Translations under genes and position numbers: made by a program
The notes under the pieces: generated by a model
Databases searched by the model: none
The model's input: the letters and a program-made list of their open reading frames with translations, nothing else
What the model was told of the DNA's origin: nothing
In this document: positions 1 through 10,057 of the stretch, piece by piece
Layout: every line of letters begins with the position of its first letter
Numbering within the stretch: position 1 is the first letter of the stretch
NCBI GenBank assembly: GCA_052161885.1
Contig: CP197396.1
Span: 678,399 to 742,398 of the forward strand
Reading direction: 5' to 3'
Source of the DNA: Chitinophagaceae bacterium MMS25-I14
Lineage (GTDB): Bacteria; Bacteroidota; Bacteroidia; Chitinophagales; Chitinophagaceae
DNA length: 64,000 nucleotides

Positions 1-2304
1 AAAGATGATGCGAACAAAGACCGTTTTGCATTATCTGCCACGTTGCAGCAGCAAGGCAAAGACAACGTGCTGGAGCTGGGCAATCACCTGCTGCTTGACT
101 ATAAGGAATGGACTGTAGCCTCACCCAATAAAATAGTATTTGCCAGTGCAGGATTTTATATACAGAATTTTGCGATCAGCAGCAATGATGAATCAATAAG
201 CATAAACAGCGAATCGCCGACATATAATGCACCCTTGACTGCCAGCATAAAGAACTTTCATCTGGCCGACATCACCAAAATGATAAGCAAAAGCGACACA
301 TTGCTGGCCGACGGAACATTAAACGGAGATGTAAAACTGCAGCAGATAAAACCGGAAATGATGCTGCAGGCGCAGCTGCAGATAAAAGACCTTGCAGTGC
401 TGCGGGATACAATAGGCGACCTTACGGTAAATGCACATAATACAGATGCATCGACTATTAACACCGATGTGGCTTTAAAAGGTCATGATAACGATATTAC
501 CATAAAAGGCAATTATTATATGCAGCCGGTAAGCGGCAATAGCTTTGAGCTTACCCTAGCGCTAAATGCCCTTAGCCTGAAGAGCGTAGAAGGCCTTGCT
601 ATGGGCCAGATCAAAAACAGCTCGGGTTATTTGCGTGGTCAGCTGCAGGTAAAAGGCACCACAGCTGCGCCGGCAATAACAGGAGAACTACGTACAGACC
701 AGCTGGTCACTACAGTAAGCATGCTGAATGCAGATTATCATATGCCTTCGGAAAAGATTACACTTTCTCAAAAAGGTCTGACGTTTAATAATTTTAATAT
801 ACTGGACAGTGCCGGCAACAAACTGACAATTTCGGGCGATATAGTAACACAGGACATGAGCAATATAACCCTGGATCTGAGCGTCAAAGCCCGGCAATGG
901 CGCGTGCTGCACTCTACCGCCAAAGACAACAAAATTTTTTATGGTGATGTATATCTTACTACCAACATAAACATCACCGGCGATGCCACAGCGCCCGATA
1001 TAGATGGCAATCTAAATATACTGAAAGGCACAGCGTTTACATTTGTACTCCCCGAGAAGAACCCTGATGTAGAAAACACAGAAGGCATTGTTTCTTTCAT
1101 AGACCAGCGTGATACAGACCGCTACAAAGTACTGCAGCCGACCACCGACACTATAAAACGTGTAGCATTGTCTGTCGGTTCCGATGTAAACGTAAACATA
1201 GGCATTGACCGGGAAGCAGAATTCAATATTATCATTGACCAGGGAACCGGTGATTATGTGAAGGTAAAAGGCGAAGCCGCATTAAATGCATCTGTTACGC
1301 CCGGCGGAGACCTGGGACTTACCGGCAGTTACGACCTGAAATCAGGAGCGTATCAACTAAACTACAATACCCTTAAACGCAAATTCAATATACAGTCAGG
1401 CAGTACTATTATCTTTTCCGGAGATCCGCTGGATGCCACACTGGATATAACGGCTGTTTATACAGCAAACGCTTCTCCTTATGATCTTGTAGAAAAGCAG
1501 GTGCCCGATCCTTCGCAGCTGAATTACTACAAACAAAGACTCCCGTTTGATGTAGACCTGAAACTTACAGGCGCCATTATGCAGCCGTCAATAGGATTTG
1601 ATATACAACTGCCCGACAATCGAACTTACCGCCTGTCTACAGATGGGGTTGACCTTGTACGCGGACGGCTTACACAGCTGCGCAATGAACCATCAGAAAT
1701 GAACAAACAGGTTTTTGCCCTGCTGCTGCTGAACCGTTTTGTAGGCGAAGATCCTTTTGCCTCCAGCTCCGGAACATCTGCCGAATTTCTTGCCAAGCAA
1801 AGCGTAAGCCGCTTTATCAGCGATCAGCTGAACCAGTATGCCAGCTCTCTGATCAAAGGTGTGGACCTTAACCTTGATCTCCAGTCGTCAGAAGACTATA
1901 CAACCGGGCAGCGGCAGGAACGTACAGATCTGAACATATCTGCATCAAAACAATTGCTCAACGACCGGCTTACTGTCACAGTAGGCAATGATTTTGAGCT
2001 TTCCGGCCCGCAGTCAACAGGCGGAGACCAGCACATAAGTGGTATCCCGGGAAATCTTTCAGCAGACTATAAACTCAGCGCCGACGGGAAATATACAGTA
2101 AGAGCCTATCGCACAGACCAGGACGCAGGCGCGCTGGAAGGCTATGTTACGGAAACCGGCATCAACTTTATTGTAAGTCTTGACTATAACAAGTTTAAGA
2201 ATCTGTTCCATAAAAAACGCCGCAGGCGCGAACAGGAGCAAAGGGAAAAACAGCAACAGACGATACTCAAACCCAAAGACACAACTGATGCAGCAAAGCA
2301 TTAA
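1..2304 (+). CDS. TamB-like translocation/assembly module protein (DUF490 C-terminal region), 5' end outside window
   Basis: Frame 1 is open from position 1 and the first in-frame M is at 43. The product is long and beta-rich with a Gly/Asn/Thr-rich repetitive architecture and a C-terminal DUF490-like region, typical of TamB/AsmA-family proteins. It sits directly upstream of an Omp85 gene. Confidence 0.55.
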   Translation, partial: KDDANKDRFALSATLQQQGKDNVLELGNHLLLDYKEWTVASPNKIVFASAGFYIQNFAISSNDESISINSESPTYNAPLTASIKNFHLADITKMISKSDTLLADGTLNGDVKLQQIKPEMMLQAQLQIKDLAVLRDTIGDLTVNAHNTDASTINTDVALKGHDNDITIKGNYYMQPVSGNSFELTLALNALSLKSVEGLAMGQIKNSSGYLRGQLQVKGTTAAPAITGELRTDQLVTTVSMLNADYHMPSEKITLSQKGLTFNNFNILDSAGNKLTISGDIVTQDMSNITLDLSVKARQWRVLHSTAKDNKIFYGDVYLTTNINITGDATAPDIDGNLNILKGTAFTFVLPEKNPDVENTEGIVSFIDQRDTDRYKVLQPTTDTIKRVALSVGSDVNVNIGIDREAEFNIIIDQGTGDYVKVKGEAALNASVTPGGDLGLTGSYDLKSGAYQLNYNTLKRKFNIQSGSTIIFSGDPLDATLDITAVYTANASPYDLVEKQVPDPSQLNYYKQRLPFDVDLKLTGAIMQPSIGFDIQLPDNRTYRLSTDGVDLVRGRLTQLRNEPSEMNKQVFALLLLNRFVGEDPFASSSGTSAEFLAKQSVSRFISDQLNQYASSLIKGVDLNLDLQSSEDYTTGQRQERTDLNISASKQLLNDRLTVTVGNDFELSGPQSTGGDQHISGIPGNLSADYKLSADGKYTVRAYRTDQDAGALEGYVTETGINFIVSLDYNKFKNLFHKKRRRREQEQREKQQQTILKPKDTTDAAKH

Positions 2305-4585
2305 AGAAAACGCATGCAAAATAGTACTGCTGGCCATCATTTGTCTGCTGGCGTCCTGTAGTGCTACAAAACACTTACCCAAAAATACTTACCTGTATGA
2401 CGGCGCTGCCGTAAGTATAAAAGACAAACAGGTATCAAAAAAAGAACGGAAGGAACTGAAGACAACATTGGCAGCATCTGTGCGGCCAGCGCCCAACAGG
2501 AAAATATTGAGTATGCGTGTGCGTCTTTCTGCTTATTATGCCGGTGGCGGCGATTCGGGGAAGCACAAAGGACTGAAGAAACTGTTTTACAACTATGGAG
2601 AGCCGCCTGTACTGTTTAGCAGCTTTAATACTGGCCATAATATCCGCGTACTGGAAAATATGTTGCAGAACCGTGGATTTTTCCAGGGAAAAGTATCTGT
2701 AACAACAGACACAGGAAAACGGACGATCAAAGCGAGATTTGAAGTAACAACAGGGCCGCAGTATACTTACCGCAAAGTTGAATTTGTAAAGGACTCCACC
2801 ATTATTTCAAAAGATATTGCAGCGCAGCAGGATAAAACCTTTTTAAAGCCGGGGCAGCCTTATAGCCTGGACCAGATCAAAGGAGAACGTGCACGTATTG
2901 ATAAGATATTAAAAGATAAAGGGTACTATTATTTCAAACCGGACTATATTCTTACAGAAGCAGACACCAATGTCGGCGATAACAAAGTAGACATGTTTGT
3001 GCGGATAAAACAAGCTGAAGTACCGGACAAAGCACGCAATATCTACTACATACATGATGTCTATATTTACCCCAACTTTAAACTGAATGCAAAGAACGCC
3101 GATACCAATAAGAGCAATGCAACGTTCTACGATGGCTATTATGTGTTTCAGAAAGAACATGCATTTAAGCCTTCTGTATTCAGTGTCGCCATGCAGTTTG
3201 ACCCGGGCGATACCTACAGCCGCAGAGACCAGGACGCATCGCTCAACAGGCTGGTGAGCCTTGGTACATTTAAATTTGTGAAGAATAGTTTCCGTGAGGT
3301 AGACACATCTCTTCCCAGCCTCGACGCTTACTATTATCTTACGCCATATCCAAAAAAATCTATTCGCTTTGAGCTGGGCGGAAATACACAGAACGACAGC
3401 CGTGTTGGGTCCCGGGCAAGTTTCAGCTGGCGCAACCGCAATGCTTTTCGCGGAGCAGAACTATTCCAGGTAAAACTGTCGGGAGGCTTTGAAGTGCAGT
3501 ACACCGGCGAAAACCGGGTGCCCAATACATACCAGGCAGGTATTGAAAACAGCGTAAGCATACCAAGATTTGTAGTGCCGTTTTTCAGCGTGCCGTCCTC
3601 CAGCTTCTTTATGCCGCGCACTATTATCAGTGCCGGTTATACACTGGAAACACAGGCACAGGCATTGGAAGTACATTCCGTCAAAGGCGCATTCACCTAC
3701 AGCTGGAAAGAAGACTCCAGGAAACAGCATCAACTCACTCCGTTGAATCTCTATTTTGTGCGGACAGATACCGTCGGCACTCCGGTACTTTCTTATAACT
3801 ATACCAATCTCATTTTTAACGGCATCATTGCCGGGCCGTCTTACGAGTTTACATACAACACCCAGACTGGGCAGGACCGTGTAAACAATTATTATTTCGA
3901 CGGGCTGGTAGAAGTGGCCGGCGGTATCAAAGGTATCGGGCATCATGCAGATTATAATGAAGGTGCTTTAAAACTGTATAACGCAGACCTGGCACAGTAT
4001 ACCAAACTGCAGGCCGATTTCCGGTATTATCACAACTTTACACCGCAGACATCCTGGGCCGGACGTATTTTCTTTGGTGCCGGGCTGCCGTTTGGCTATT
4101 CTTACCAATTACCTAATATCAAGCAGTACTTCAGTGGCGGTAGCAGCAGCCTGCGGGGCTTCCAGTCGAGAATGGTAGGGCCGGGAACATTTAATGAGCA
4201 ATATCTCTATGGCACGAACAATTACCTGGAGCTATTGGGCGACCTGAAGCTGGAAATGAATGCAGAATATCGTAAGACACTGTATAAATTCCTGAAAGGT
4301 GCTGTATTTGCAGATGCCGGTAACATATGGCTGTATACGGACAACCCTAACTTCCCGGGCGGGCAGTTCAGCTCAAGCTTCTATAAGGAATTGGCCGTGG
4401 ATGCAGGTGTGGGCTTGCGTCTTGATTTTAAAATAGTGATGCTGCGTCTTGATCTCGGTATGCCGGTACGCAAACCATGGCTGCCGGAAGGCCAGCGTTG
4501 GGTGTTTAACCAGATAGAATTCGGTGATCCCGACTGGCGTAAAAATAATCTTGTGCTGAATGTCGCCATCGGTTATCCGTTCTGA
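2288..4585 (+). CDS. Omp85-family outer membrane protein (BamA/TamA-like, surface antigen D15 domain), lipoprotein-type signal
   Basis: The internal start MQQSIKENACKIVLLAIICLLASCS gives a signal peptide with an LLASC lipobox. The ORF-track start at 2180 lies inside the upstream TamB gene. A POTRA-like N-terminal region is followed by a C-terminal beta-barrel rich in aromatic/Gly repeats that ends in ...VAIGYPF. Confidence 0.65.
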   Translation: MQQSIKENACKIVLLAIICLLASCSATKHLPKNTYLYDGAAVSIKDKQVSKKERKELKTTLAASVRPAPNRKILSMRVRLSAYYAGGGDSGKHKGLKKLFYNYGEPPVLFSSFNTGHNIRVLENMLQNRGFFQGKVSVTTDTGKRTIKARFEVTTGPQYTYRKVEFVKDSTIISKDIAAQQDKTFLKPGQPYSLDQIKGERARIDKILKDKGYYYFKPDYILTEADTNVGDNKVDMFVRIKQAEVPDKARNIYYIHDVYIYPNFKLNAKNADTNKSNATFYDGYYVFQKEHAFKPSVFSVAMQFDPGDTYSRRDQDASLNRLVSLGTFKFVKNSFREVDTSLPSLDAYYYLTPYPKKSIRFELGGNTQNDSRVGSRASFSWRNRNAFRGAELFQVKLSGGFEVQYTGENRVPNTYQAGIENSVSIPRFVVPFFSVPSSSFFMPRTIISAGYTLETQAQALEVHSVKGAFTYSWKEDSRKQHQLTPLNLYFVRTDTVGTPVLSYNYTNLIFNGIIAGPSYEFTYNTQTGQDRVNNYYFDGLVEVAGGIKGIGHHADYNEGALKLYNADLAQYTKLQADFRYYHNFTPQTSWAGRIFFGAGLPFGYSYQLPNIKQYFSGGSSSLRGFQSRMVGPGTFNEQYLYGTNNYLELLGDLKLEMNAEYRKTLYKFLKGAVFADAGNIWLYTDNPNFPGGQFSSSFYKELAVDAGVGLRLDFKIVMLRLDLGMPVRKPWLPEGQRWVFNQIEFGDPDWRKNNLVLNVAIGYPF

Positions 4586-4587
4586 TA

Positions 4588-5028
4588 CTATACCAGCAAA
4601 TGGTTCAGGTTCTTCAGCCTGTCCAGTGTAATGATCTGCGCCATCTGTATATCCGGGATGTTACGCAGGTATTGCGTGATCGTTGCAGCCTCGTCTTCTG
4701 CATCATTGCTCTGGATCATCCACAGGTAGTCCAGCTGTTTTACTTCAGGGAGCAATACTTCTTTTTTGTCTTTGAGCTTATACAGAAGGTAACGGGTGCC
4801 GCTCAGCGGAATGCAGTACTGGTAAATAGAAAAATGATGCTGCTGCCCGGCTGATTTCTGCAGGCATATATCCAGGTCACCTTCACGTACAAAGCTGAGG
4901 CCAAAGCGTTGATTCAGCAACCAGCAAAGCCGGTAGGCAGGCAGTGCGCTTACAAGACCGATCAGGCAGGAGTCTTCAAAAAAAGCCTCCAGCATATCTT
5001 CCATACTTAACGTCCACTTTGCTGACAT
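4588..5028 (-). CDS. hypothetical protein (146 aa)
   Basis: Clean 146-aa ORF tightly packed between the Omp85 and SPFH genes. No recognisable catalytic motifs. Confidence 0.4.
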   Translation of the reverse strand: MSAKWTLSMEDMLEAFFEDSCLIGLVSALPAYRLCWLLNQRFGLSFVREGDLDICLQKSAGQQHHFSIYQYCIPLSGTRYLLYKLKDKKEVLLPEVKQLDYLWMIQSNDAEDEAATITQYLRNIPDIQMAQIITLDRLKNLNHLLV

Positions 5029-5115
5029 TGCCTGATTGTTTTTATAATATCTATAGAATTTGTAGTCACAAAATTCGGGCTAATTTGTATATTTCCAAAT
5101 AAAACGAACCTATAT

Positions 5116-6063
5116 ATGGAATTTCTGGTTGTCATTGTTGTGATACTCATCCTGCTTTCCCTTTGTCTCATCACAGTAAGGCAGGGAACAGTGGCTGTTG
5201 TTACTGTATTTGGTAAATTTCAACGCATACTGCGTCCCGGTCTTAACTTCCGTATTCCTTTTATCCAGCGCATCTTTTGCCGTATATCTTACCAGAACCG
5301 CTCCATTGAACTGAAGTTCCAGGCCATTACACAGGACCAGGCCAATGTAAACTTCTCTGCCATGATGCTTTATTCTGTACTTAACCAGGAATCGCAGACG
5401 ATACAGAATGTGGCATTTAAATTCGTAGATGAACGTAACTTTATGCAGGCGCTGATACGCTCTGTGGAAGGCTCTGTACGTGCATTTGTAGCTACAAAAA
5501 AACAATCTGAGATATTGCAGCTCCGTTCAGAGATCATACATCACGTAAAAGAGCAGCTCGACGTACAGCTCGAAGAATGGGGCTACCATTTGCTGGATAT
5601 ACAGATGAACGATATTTCTTTTGACGAAGTGATCCTGCAGGCGATGGCGCGTGTGGTGGCATCGAACAACCTGAAAGCCGCTGCAGAAAACGAAGGACAG
5701 GCATTGCTCATCACCAAGACAAAATCTGCGGAAGCAGAAGGTAACGCCATCAAAATATCAGCAGAGGCCGAAAAGCTCGCATCGCAGCTGCGTGGCCAGG
5801 GTGTGGCGCTCTTCCGCGAAGAAGTAGCACGTGGTTTGGCTATTGCTGCAAAAGAAATGGAAAGCGCCAATCTTGATGCTTCTTTTATCCTCTTTTCCAT
5901 GTGGACGGATGCCATCAAGCATTTTGCGGAAAATGGCAAAGGCAACACTATATTCCTCGACGGATCGACCGACAATATGCAACGTACCGTGCAGCAGCTG
6001 ATGTCAACAGTAAAAAACTCAGAAATAGTAAAACCACAGGGAAGACAGGGCGGCAATCAATAG
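5116..6063 (+). CDS. SPFH/band-7 (stomatin/prohibitin-like) domain protein
   Basis: An N-terminal TM segment is followed by the SPFH core (GTVAVVTVFGKFQRILRPGLNF...) and then an Ala/Glu-rich coiled-coil tail. Confidence 0.8.
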   Translation: MEFLVVIVVILILLSLCLITVRQGTVAVVTVFGKFQRILRPGLNFRIPFIQRIFCRISYQNRSIELKFQAITQDQANVNFSAMMLYSVLNQESQTIQNVAFKFVDERNFMQALIRSVEGSVRAFVATKKQSEILQLRSEIIHHVKEQLDVQLEEWGYHLLDIQMNDISFDEVILQAMARVVASNNLKAAAENEGQALLITKTKSAEAEGNAIKISAEAEKLASQLRGQGVALFREEVARGLAIAAKEMESANLDASFILFSMWTDAIKHFAENGKGNTIFLDGSTDNMQRTVQQLMSTVKNSEIVKPQGRQGGNQ

Positions 6064-6070
6064 ACCATTC

Positions 6071-6676
6071 ATGAAGCGCATACTGGCATACAGCATTTTC
6101 GCATTGGGTATATTACTCATTGTTTTCTTCCGTGCATATGAAGGAGATATGATCCCCTACCCGGTAGTGTTTATCATTATCGGACTTTTGATGATGGTGG
6201 TAAGCTATATTATCCTGCGCAGGCTGCCACAGCTTAAGGCCAAACATGATTATCACCGCCTGATGCTGGAAATAAGCGACCTCAAGGCACGCGGAGACCG
6301 GCTTAAAGTAAACCTTGCTGCGTGCGAAGTAAAAGACTCTTCTTATTTTGAAGAGCAGGAACCGGCCAGCGGCACCGGTATGCCGGAAGGTATTACAGAC
6401 CTGGAGCGTTATGTACAGGTCTTTAATGCGCTTAAAGGCCCTTTTACCCGGCCGGCAGCACACGAAGTGTACCAGAGCGTGCTGGTATATAAATGTATGT
6501 ACAACGGGCGGCAACTGCAGTTTATCAGCCGTATTATACCAAAAGATAAAACTTCCGTACTTTTCTGGCTCGATAACCAGAAAGAGACAGTTCTGTACGT
6601 GGATAAAACCAATCCTTCAAGATACTTTTTTGACCTTGATTTTTTTAACAGTGACAATGCAGCCCCGGCAAAATAA
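6071..6676 (+). CDS. membrane protein, hypothetical, probably co-transcribed with the SPFH gene
   Basis: Two N-terminal TM helices precede a soluble domain. The gap to the upstream SPFH gene is 8 bp. Confidence 0.45.
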   Translation: MKRILAYSIFALGILLIVFFRAYEGDMIPYPVVFIIIGLLMMVVSYIILRRLPQLKAKHDYHRLMLEISDLKARGDRLKVNLAACEVKDSSYFEEQEPASGTGMPEGITDLERYVQVFNALKGPFTRPAAHEVYQSVLVYKCMYNGRQLQFISRIIPKDKTSVLFWLDNQKETVLYVDKTNPSRYFFDLDFFNSDNAAPAK

Positions 6677-6846
6677 AACAACCGGAAAATCATATAATTA
6701 TGTAATCCGGTTATGAGGCGGTATCTGTTCATATTTATATAGTAACAGATTAAGGAATCGCCTATCTGACACAATGCTAATTCTTTCTTAAAGTCAAGAC
6801 TTGTTTTTTACCTGAAACGACTAATTTTACGCGCCAATTTTTTATT

Positions 6847-8112
6847 ATGATTGATGTTTTGCTTGGATTGCAATGGGGAGATGAAGGCAAGGGGAAAATC
6901 GTGGATTTCCTTGCTGCCCGGTACGATATAATAGCCCGTTTCCAGGGTGGGCCTAATGCAGGGCATACACTGTATGTAAACGGAAACAAAGTAGTGCTGC
7001 ACACCATTCCTTCCGGGGTTTTCCAGTCGCACTGCCTTAACCTGATCGGTAACGGTGTGGTAATAGACCCGGTAACCCTCCAGAAAGAGATCAAAACAAT
7101 ACAGGCATTGCAGCCTGATCTGCTGGACCGCCTGTTCGTATCGCAGCGCGCGCACCTCATCCTGCCTACGCACCGTGCGTTGGATGCCGCTTCTGAAGCT
7201 TCCAAGGGCAAGGAAAAGATCGGTTCTACACTTAAAGGCATAGGCCCGGCATACATGGACAAAACCGGCCGTAACGGCCTGCGTGTGGGTGATGTGCTGA
7301 GCAAAGATTTTGACAAAAAATACCAGGCACTGAAGGACAAACACCTGCAGATGCTGGCACAATATGAGCAAACGGTTGACTGGCAGGAATGGGAACCTGC
7401 TTTCCTAGAAGCCATAGACCATCTGCGCACACTCAAGATCGTAAATGCCGAATACTGGCTGGAAGGTCACCTCAAAGACGGTAAAAGTGTACTGGCAGAA
7501 GGTGCACAGGGGAGCATGCTCGATATCGATTTCGGCACTTATCCTTTTGTTACTTCTTCCAATACCATAGCTGCGGGTGTCTGCAGCGGTCTTGGCGTAG
7601 CCCCTTCCACTATCGGCGAGGTGTATGGCATTTCCAAAGCATATTGCACCCGTGTAGGCGGCGGTCCGTTTCCTACAGAGCTGCTGGATAAAACCGGCGA
7701 TGATCTGCGTGAAGCAGGCAGCGAATTCGGTGCCACTACCGGTCGTCCGCGCCGCTGCGGCTGGATAGATCTTGTAGCACTGCGCTATGCGGTAATGCTG
7801 AGTGGTGTTACACAGCTGATTATGACAAAAGCAGACGTAATGGATGAATTCAACCCGATTAAAGCAGCAGTTGCATACCGTGTTGATGGTGTAGAAACGA
7901 AAGAATTTCCTTACGACCTCTGCAGTGTGGATGTAGAGCCTGTTTATGAAACGTTTGCAGGCTGGGAAAAACCTATCAGCAGCTGTACGGAATACAGTGA
8001 GCTGCCGCAGACATTTAAAGATTACTGCCACTTTGTGGAACAATACCTGGGCACTAAAATCGCGTATGTTTCCAACGGCACCGGCAGAGATCAGTTACTG
8101 CAGATTCCATAG
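6847..8112 (+). CDS. purA: adenylosuccinate synthetase
   Basis: The N-terminal P-loop QWGDEGKGK, the GIGPAY motif and the TTGRPRRCGWID motif are all present. Length 421 aa. Confidence 0.95.
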   Translation: MIDVLLGLQWGDEGKGKIVDFLAARYDIIARFQGGPNAGHTLYVNGNKVVLHTIPSGVFQSHCLNLIGNGVVIDPVTLQKEIKTIQALQPDLLDRLFVSQRAHLILPTHRALDAASEASKGKEKIGSTLKGIGPAYMDKTGRNGLRVGDVLSKDFDKKYQALKDKHLQMLAQYEQTVDWQEWEPAFLEAIDHLRTLKIVNAEYWLEGHLKDGKSVLAEGAQGSMLDIDFGTYPFVTSSNTIAAGVCSGLGVAPSTIGEVYGISKAYCTRVGGGPFPTELLDKTGDDLREAGSEFGATTGRPRRCGWIDLVALRYAVMLSGVTQLIMTKADVMDEFNPIKAAVAYRVDGVETKEFPYDLCSVDVEPVYETFAGWEKPISSCTEYSELPQTFKDYCHFVEQYLGTKIAYVSNGTGRDQLLQIP

Positions 8113-8189
8113 AGAAAAATAACGATTTTTTTATTGAAAAAAAATTTGGCAAATTCCCCAAACAATTAAAATTTTACGGCATCAACTGT

Positions 8190-8657
8190 ATGAGCGCTAT
8201 GAAGTCAAATACTGATAAAAAAGAAACAGCAAGCAAGAAAAGCGCAGCGCCAGGCGCCAAGTCTACACCTAAAAAAGCTTCTACAAAACCTGCGAAAGAC
8301 CAGGATGAAGATGACGATGATGACACCCTGGATGATGAACAGGAAACTCCTGCAAAAAAGACTGCACCAAAGAAGACCACAGCAAGTAAGTCTAAAAGCC
8401 GTGACGATGATGACAATGTCGACGACGACGATGATGACGATCTTGAAGATGAGGATGATGACTATGGCAAAGATGAGGATGAAGATTACGACATTGATAA
8501 GGATTTTGAAGAATTCGATCTTCCTAAATCCAAAAAGGCTGCCGGTGGTAAAAAATCATCTAAATCTGACGATGACTTTGATATAGACGATGAATTCAAA
8601 GACCTTGGCTTCTTCAATGATGGCGGCGGCTTTGATGACGACGACGACGATTTTTAA
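8190..8657 (+). CDS. bipartite low-complexity protein, with a Lys/Ala/Ser/Thr-rich basic N-terminus and an extremely Asp/Glu-rich remainder
   Basis: The ORF is 155 aa. The segment KKETASKKSAAPGAKSTPKKASTKPAK is followed by long D/E runs (DDDDDTLDDEQE...DDDDDDDLEDEDDD...DDDDDDF). The antisense ORFs here are artefacts of the GAT/GAC repeats. Confidence 0.5.
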   Translation: MSAMKSNTDKKETASKKSAAPGAKSTPKKASTKPAKDQDEDDDDDTLDDEQETPAKKTAPKKTTASKSKSRDDDDNVDDDDDDDLEDEDDDYGKDEDEDYDIDKDFEEFDLPKSKKAAGGKKSSKSDDDFDIDDEFKDLGFFNDGGGFDDDDDDF

Positions 8658-8668
8658 TCTTCCGCTAC

Positions 8669-9952
8669 TTGCAGAGAAAACAAAGAACATATCCGCTCGC
8701 TGCGGAGCAGGTAAATGATATCAGGAATGGAATGCTGAACCGGGCCACCGGCTTCAGCATTCTTCTTTTTCTGGACAGTAATTCCTACCCATCCCTTTAC
8801 GGGCGGTATGAATGCATACTTGCGGCCGGCAATACAGGCAGCATGATTGAATCCCTTGAATCGTTGCAGGCAGTGCATGATGACGAGAAAGACTGGCTGT
8901 TCGGGCACATCTGCTATGATTATAAAAATGCATTGGAGCCATCGCAGCACAGCAGCAAAGAAATCCGTACCGGTTTCCCTTCGCTGCAGTTCTTCCGGCC
9001 GGAAATAGTCTGTTATATCAGCAAAGACAGCACTACACTCACCATTGAATCATTGACTGAAGACCCGGATGTTCTTTATAAAGAAATAATTGCAGCAGTT
9101 GCGGCAGCACCTCCGGCTTTACCTAAACTGAATTTCACGCGTCGCATTACCCGTGAAAATTATTTGGAGGCAATCCATGATATCCGTGAACATATCGCAG
9201 CCGGCGACTGTTATGAGCTTAACTATTGCACGGAATGTTATTGCGAAGATGCATTGGTCAATCCTTATGACGTATTCCGCTCGCTCAACAGCTTGTCCCC
9301 TGCCCCTTTTGCCGCTTATTACCGCCTGAATGACCTCTACCTGATGTGTGCCAGCCCCGAGCGGTATTTGTATAAAGATGGCCGCAAAATCCGTTCGCAG
9401 CCGATAAAAGGTACGGCCCGTCGTGGGCAGGATGCTGCAGAGGACGAAGCATTAAAAACAGCGCTGAAAGCAAGCATCAAGGAACGCGCAGAAAATGTGA
9501 TGATCACAGACCTTACACGCAACGACCTTGCCCGCTGCAGCGAAACCGGCAGTGTGCAGGTAGATGAGCTGTTCGGCATCTACACCTTTCCGCAGGTACA
9601 CCAGATGATATCTACGGTAAGCGGCGTATTAAAGAATGAAGCGCCATTTACAGACGCGGTACGTTACAGTTTTCCCATGGGCAGCATGACCGGAGCACCA
9701 AAAATAAAAGTGATGCAGCTGATAGAACAATATGAACAATCGCGGCGGGAGCTTTTCTCCGGCACCGTAGGCTATATTACGCCGGAAGGCGATTTTGATT
9801 TTAACGTGATCATCCGTAGTCTTTTTTATAATGAAAGCAGCCGCTACCTTTCCTTCCAGACCGGCGGTGCTATTACATACGATAGCGTACCGGAGCAGGA
9901 ATGGGACGAAATGCTGCTGAAAGGCTGGGCGCTGGAAAGGATATTTCAATAG
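8669..9952 (+). CDS. pabB: aminodeoxychorismate synthase component I / chorismate-binding enzyme (PabB-like)
   Basis: Chorismate-binding enzyme C-terminal motifs are present (SPERYL, PIKGTARRG, FPMGSMTGAPK, GGAITYDSVPEQEWDE). Confidence 0.8.
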   Translation: MQRKQRTYPLAAEQVNDIRNGMLNRATGFSILLFLDSNSYPSLYGRYECILAAGNTGSMIESLESLQAVHDDEKDWLFGHICYDYKNALEPSQHSSKEIRTGFPSLQFFRPEIVCYISKDSTTLTIESLTEDPDVLYKEIIAAVAAAPPALPKLNFTRRITRENYLEAIHDIREHIAAGDCYELNYCTECYCEDALVNPYDVFRSLNSLSPAPFAAYYRLNDLYLMCASPERYLYKDGRKIRSQPIKGTARRGQDAAEDEALKTALKASIKERAENVMITDLTRNDLARCSETGSVQVDELFGIYTFPQVHQMISTVSGVLKNEAPFTDAVRYSFPMGSMTGAPKIKVMQLIEQYEQSRRELFSGTVGYITPEGDFDFNVIIRSLFYNESSRYLSFQTGGAITYDSVPEQEWDEMLLKGWALERIFQ

Positions 9953-10034
9953 TGCCCCTCCGAGCTGTTTAACCCCAAAATAAGACCACACGTATTTTCC
10001 ATACTATATAACGCCTTTTTAGCGTTAGCTTGTT

Positions 10035-10042
10035 TACTTTTG
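10035..10042 (+). promoter_or_regulatory. -7 element TActTTTG upstream of the Gfo/Idh/MocA gene
   Basis: Exact TAnnTTTG match 16 nt before the ATG at 10058. Confidence 0.25.
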
Positions 10043-10057
10043 ATCTTTACACTGTAC

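Noticed and set aside
7405-8043. 212-aa antisense ORF inside purA (and 6777-7436, 6808-7371 minus ORFs)
   Set aside because: They are fully embedded antisense to a highly conserved purA. These are typical shadow ORFs.
8174-8586. ORFs 8174-8416 (minus) and 8305-8586 (plus) overlapping the acidic-protein gene
   Set aside because: They are alternative-frame artefacts of GAT/GAC/GAA codon repeats. The D/E-rich frame with its basic N-terminus is the only coherent one.
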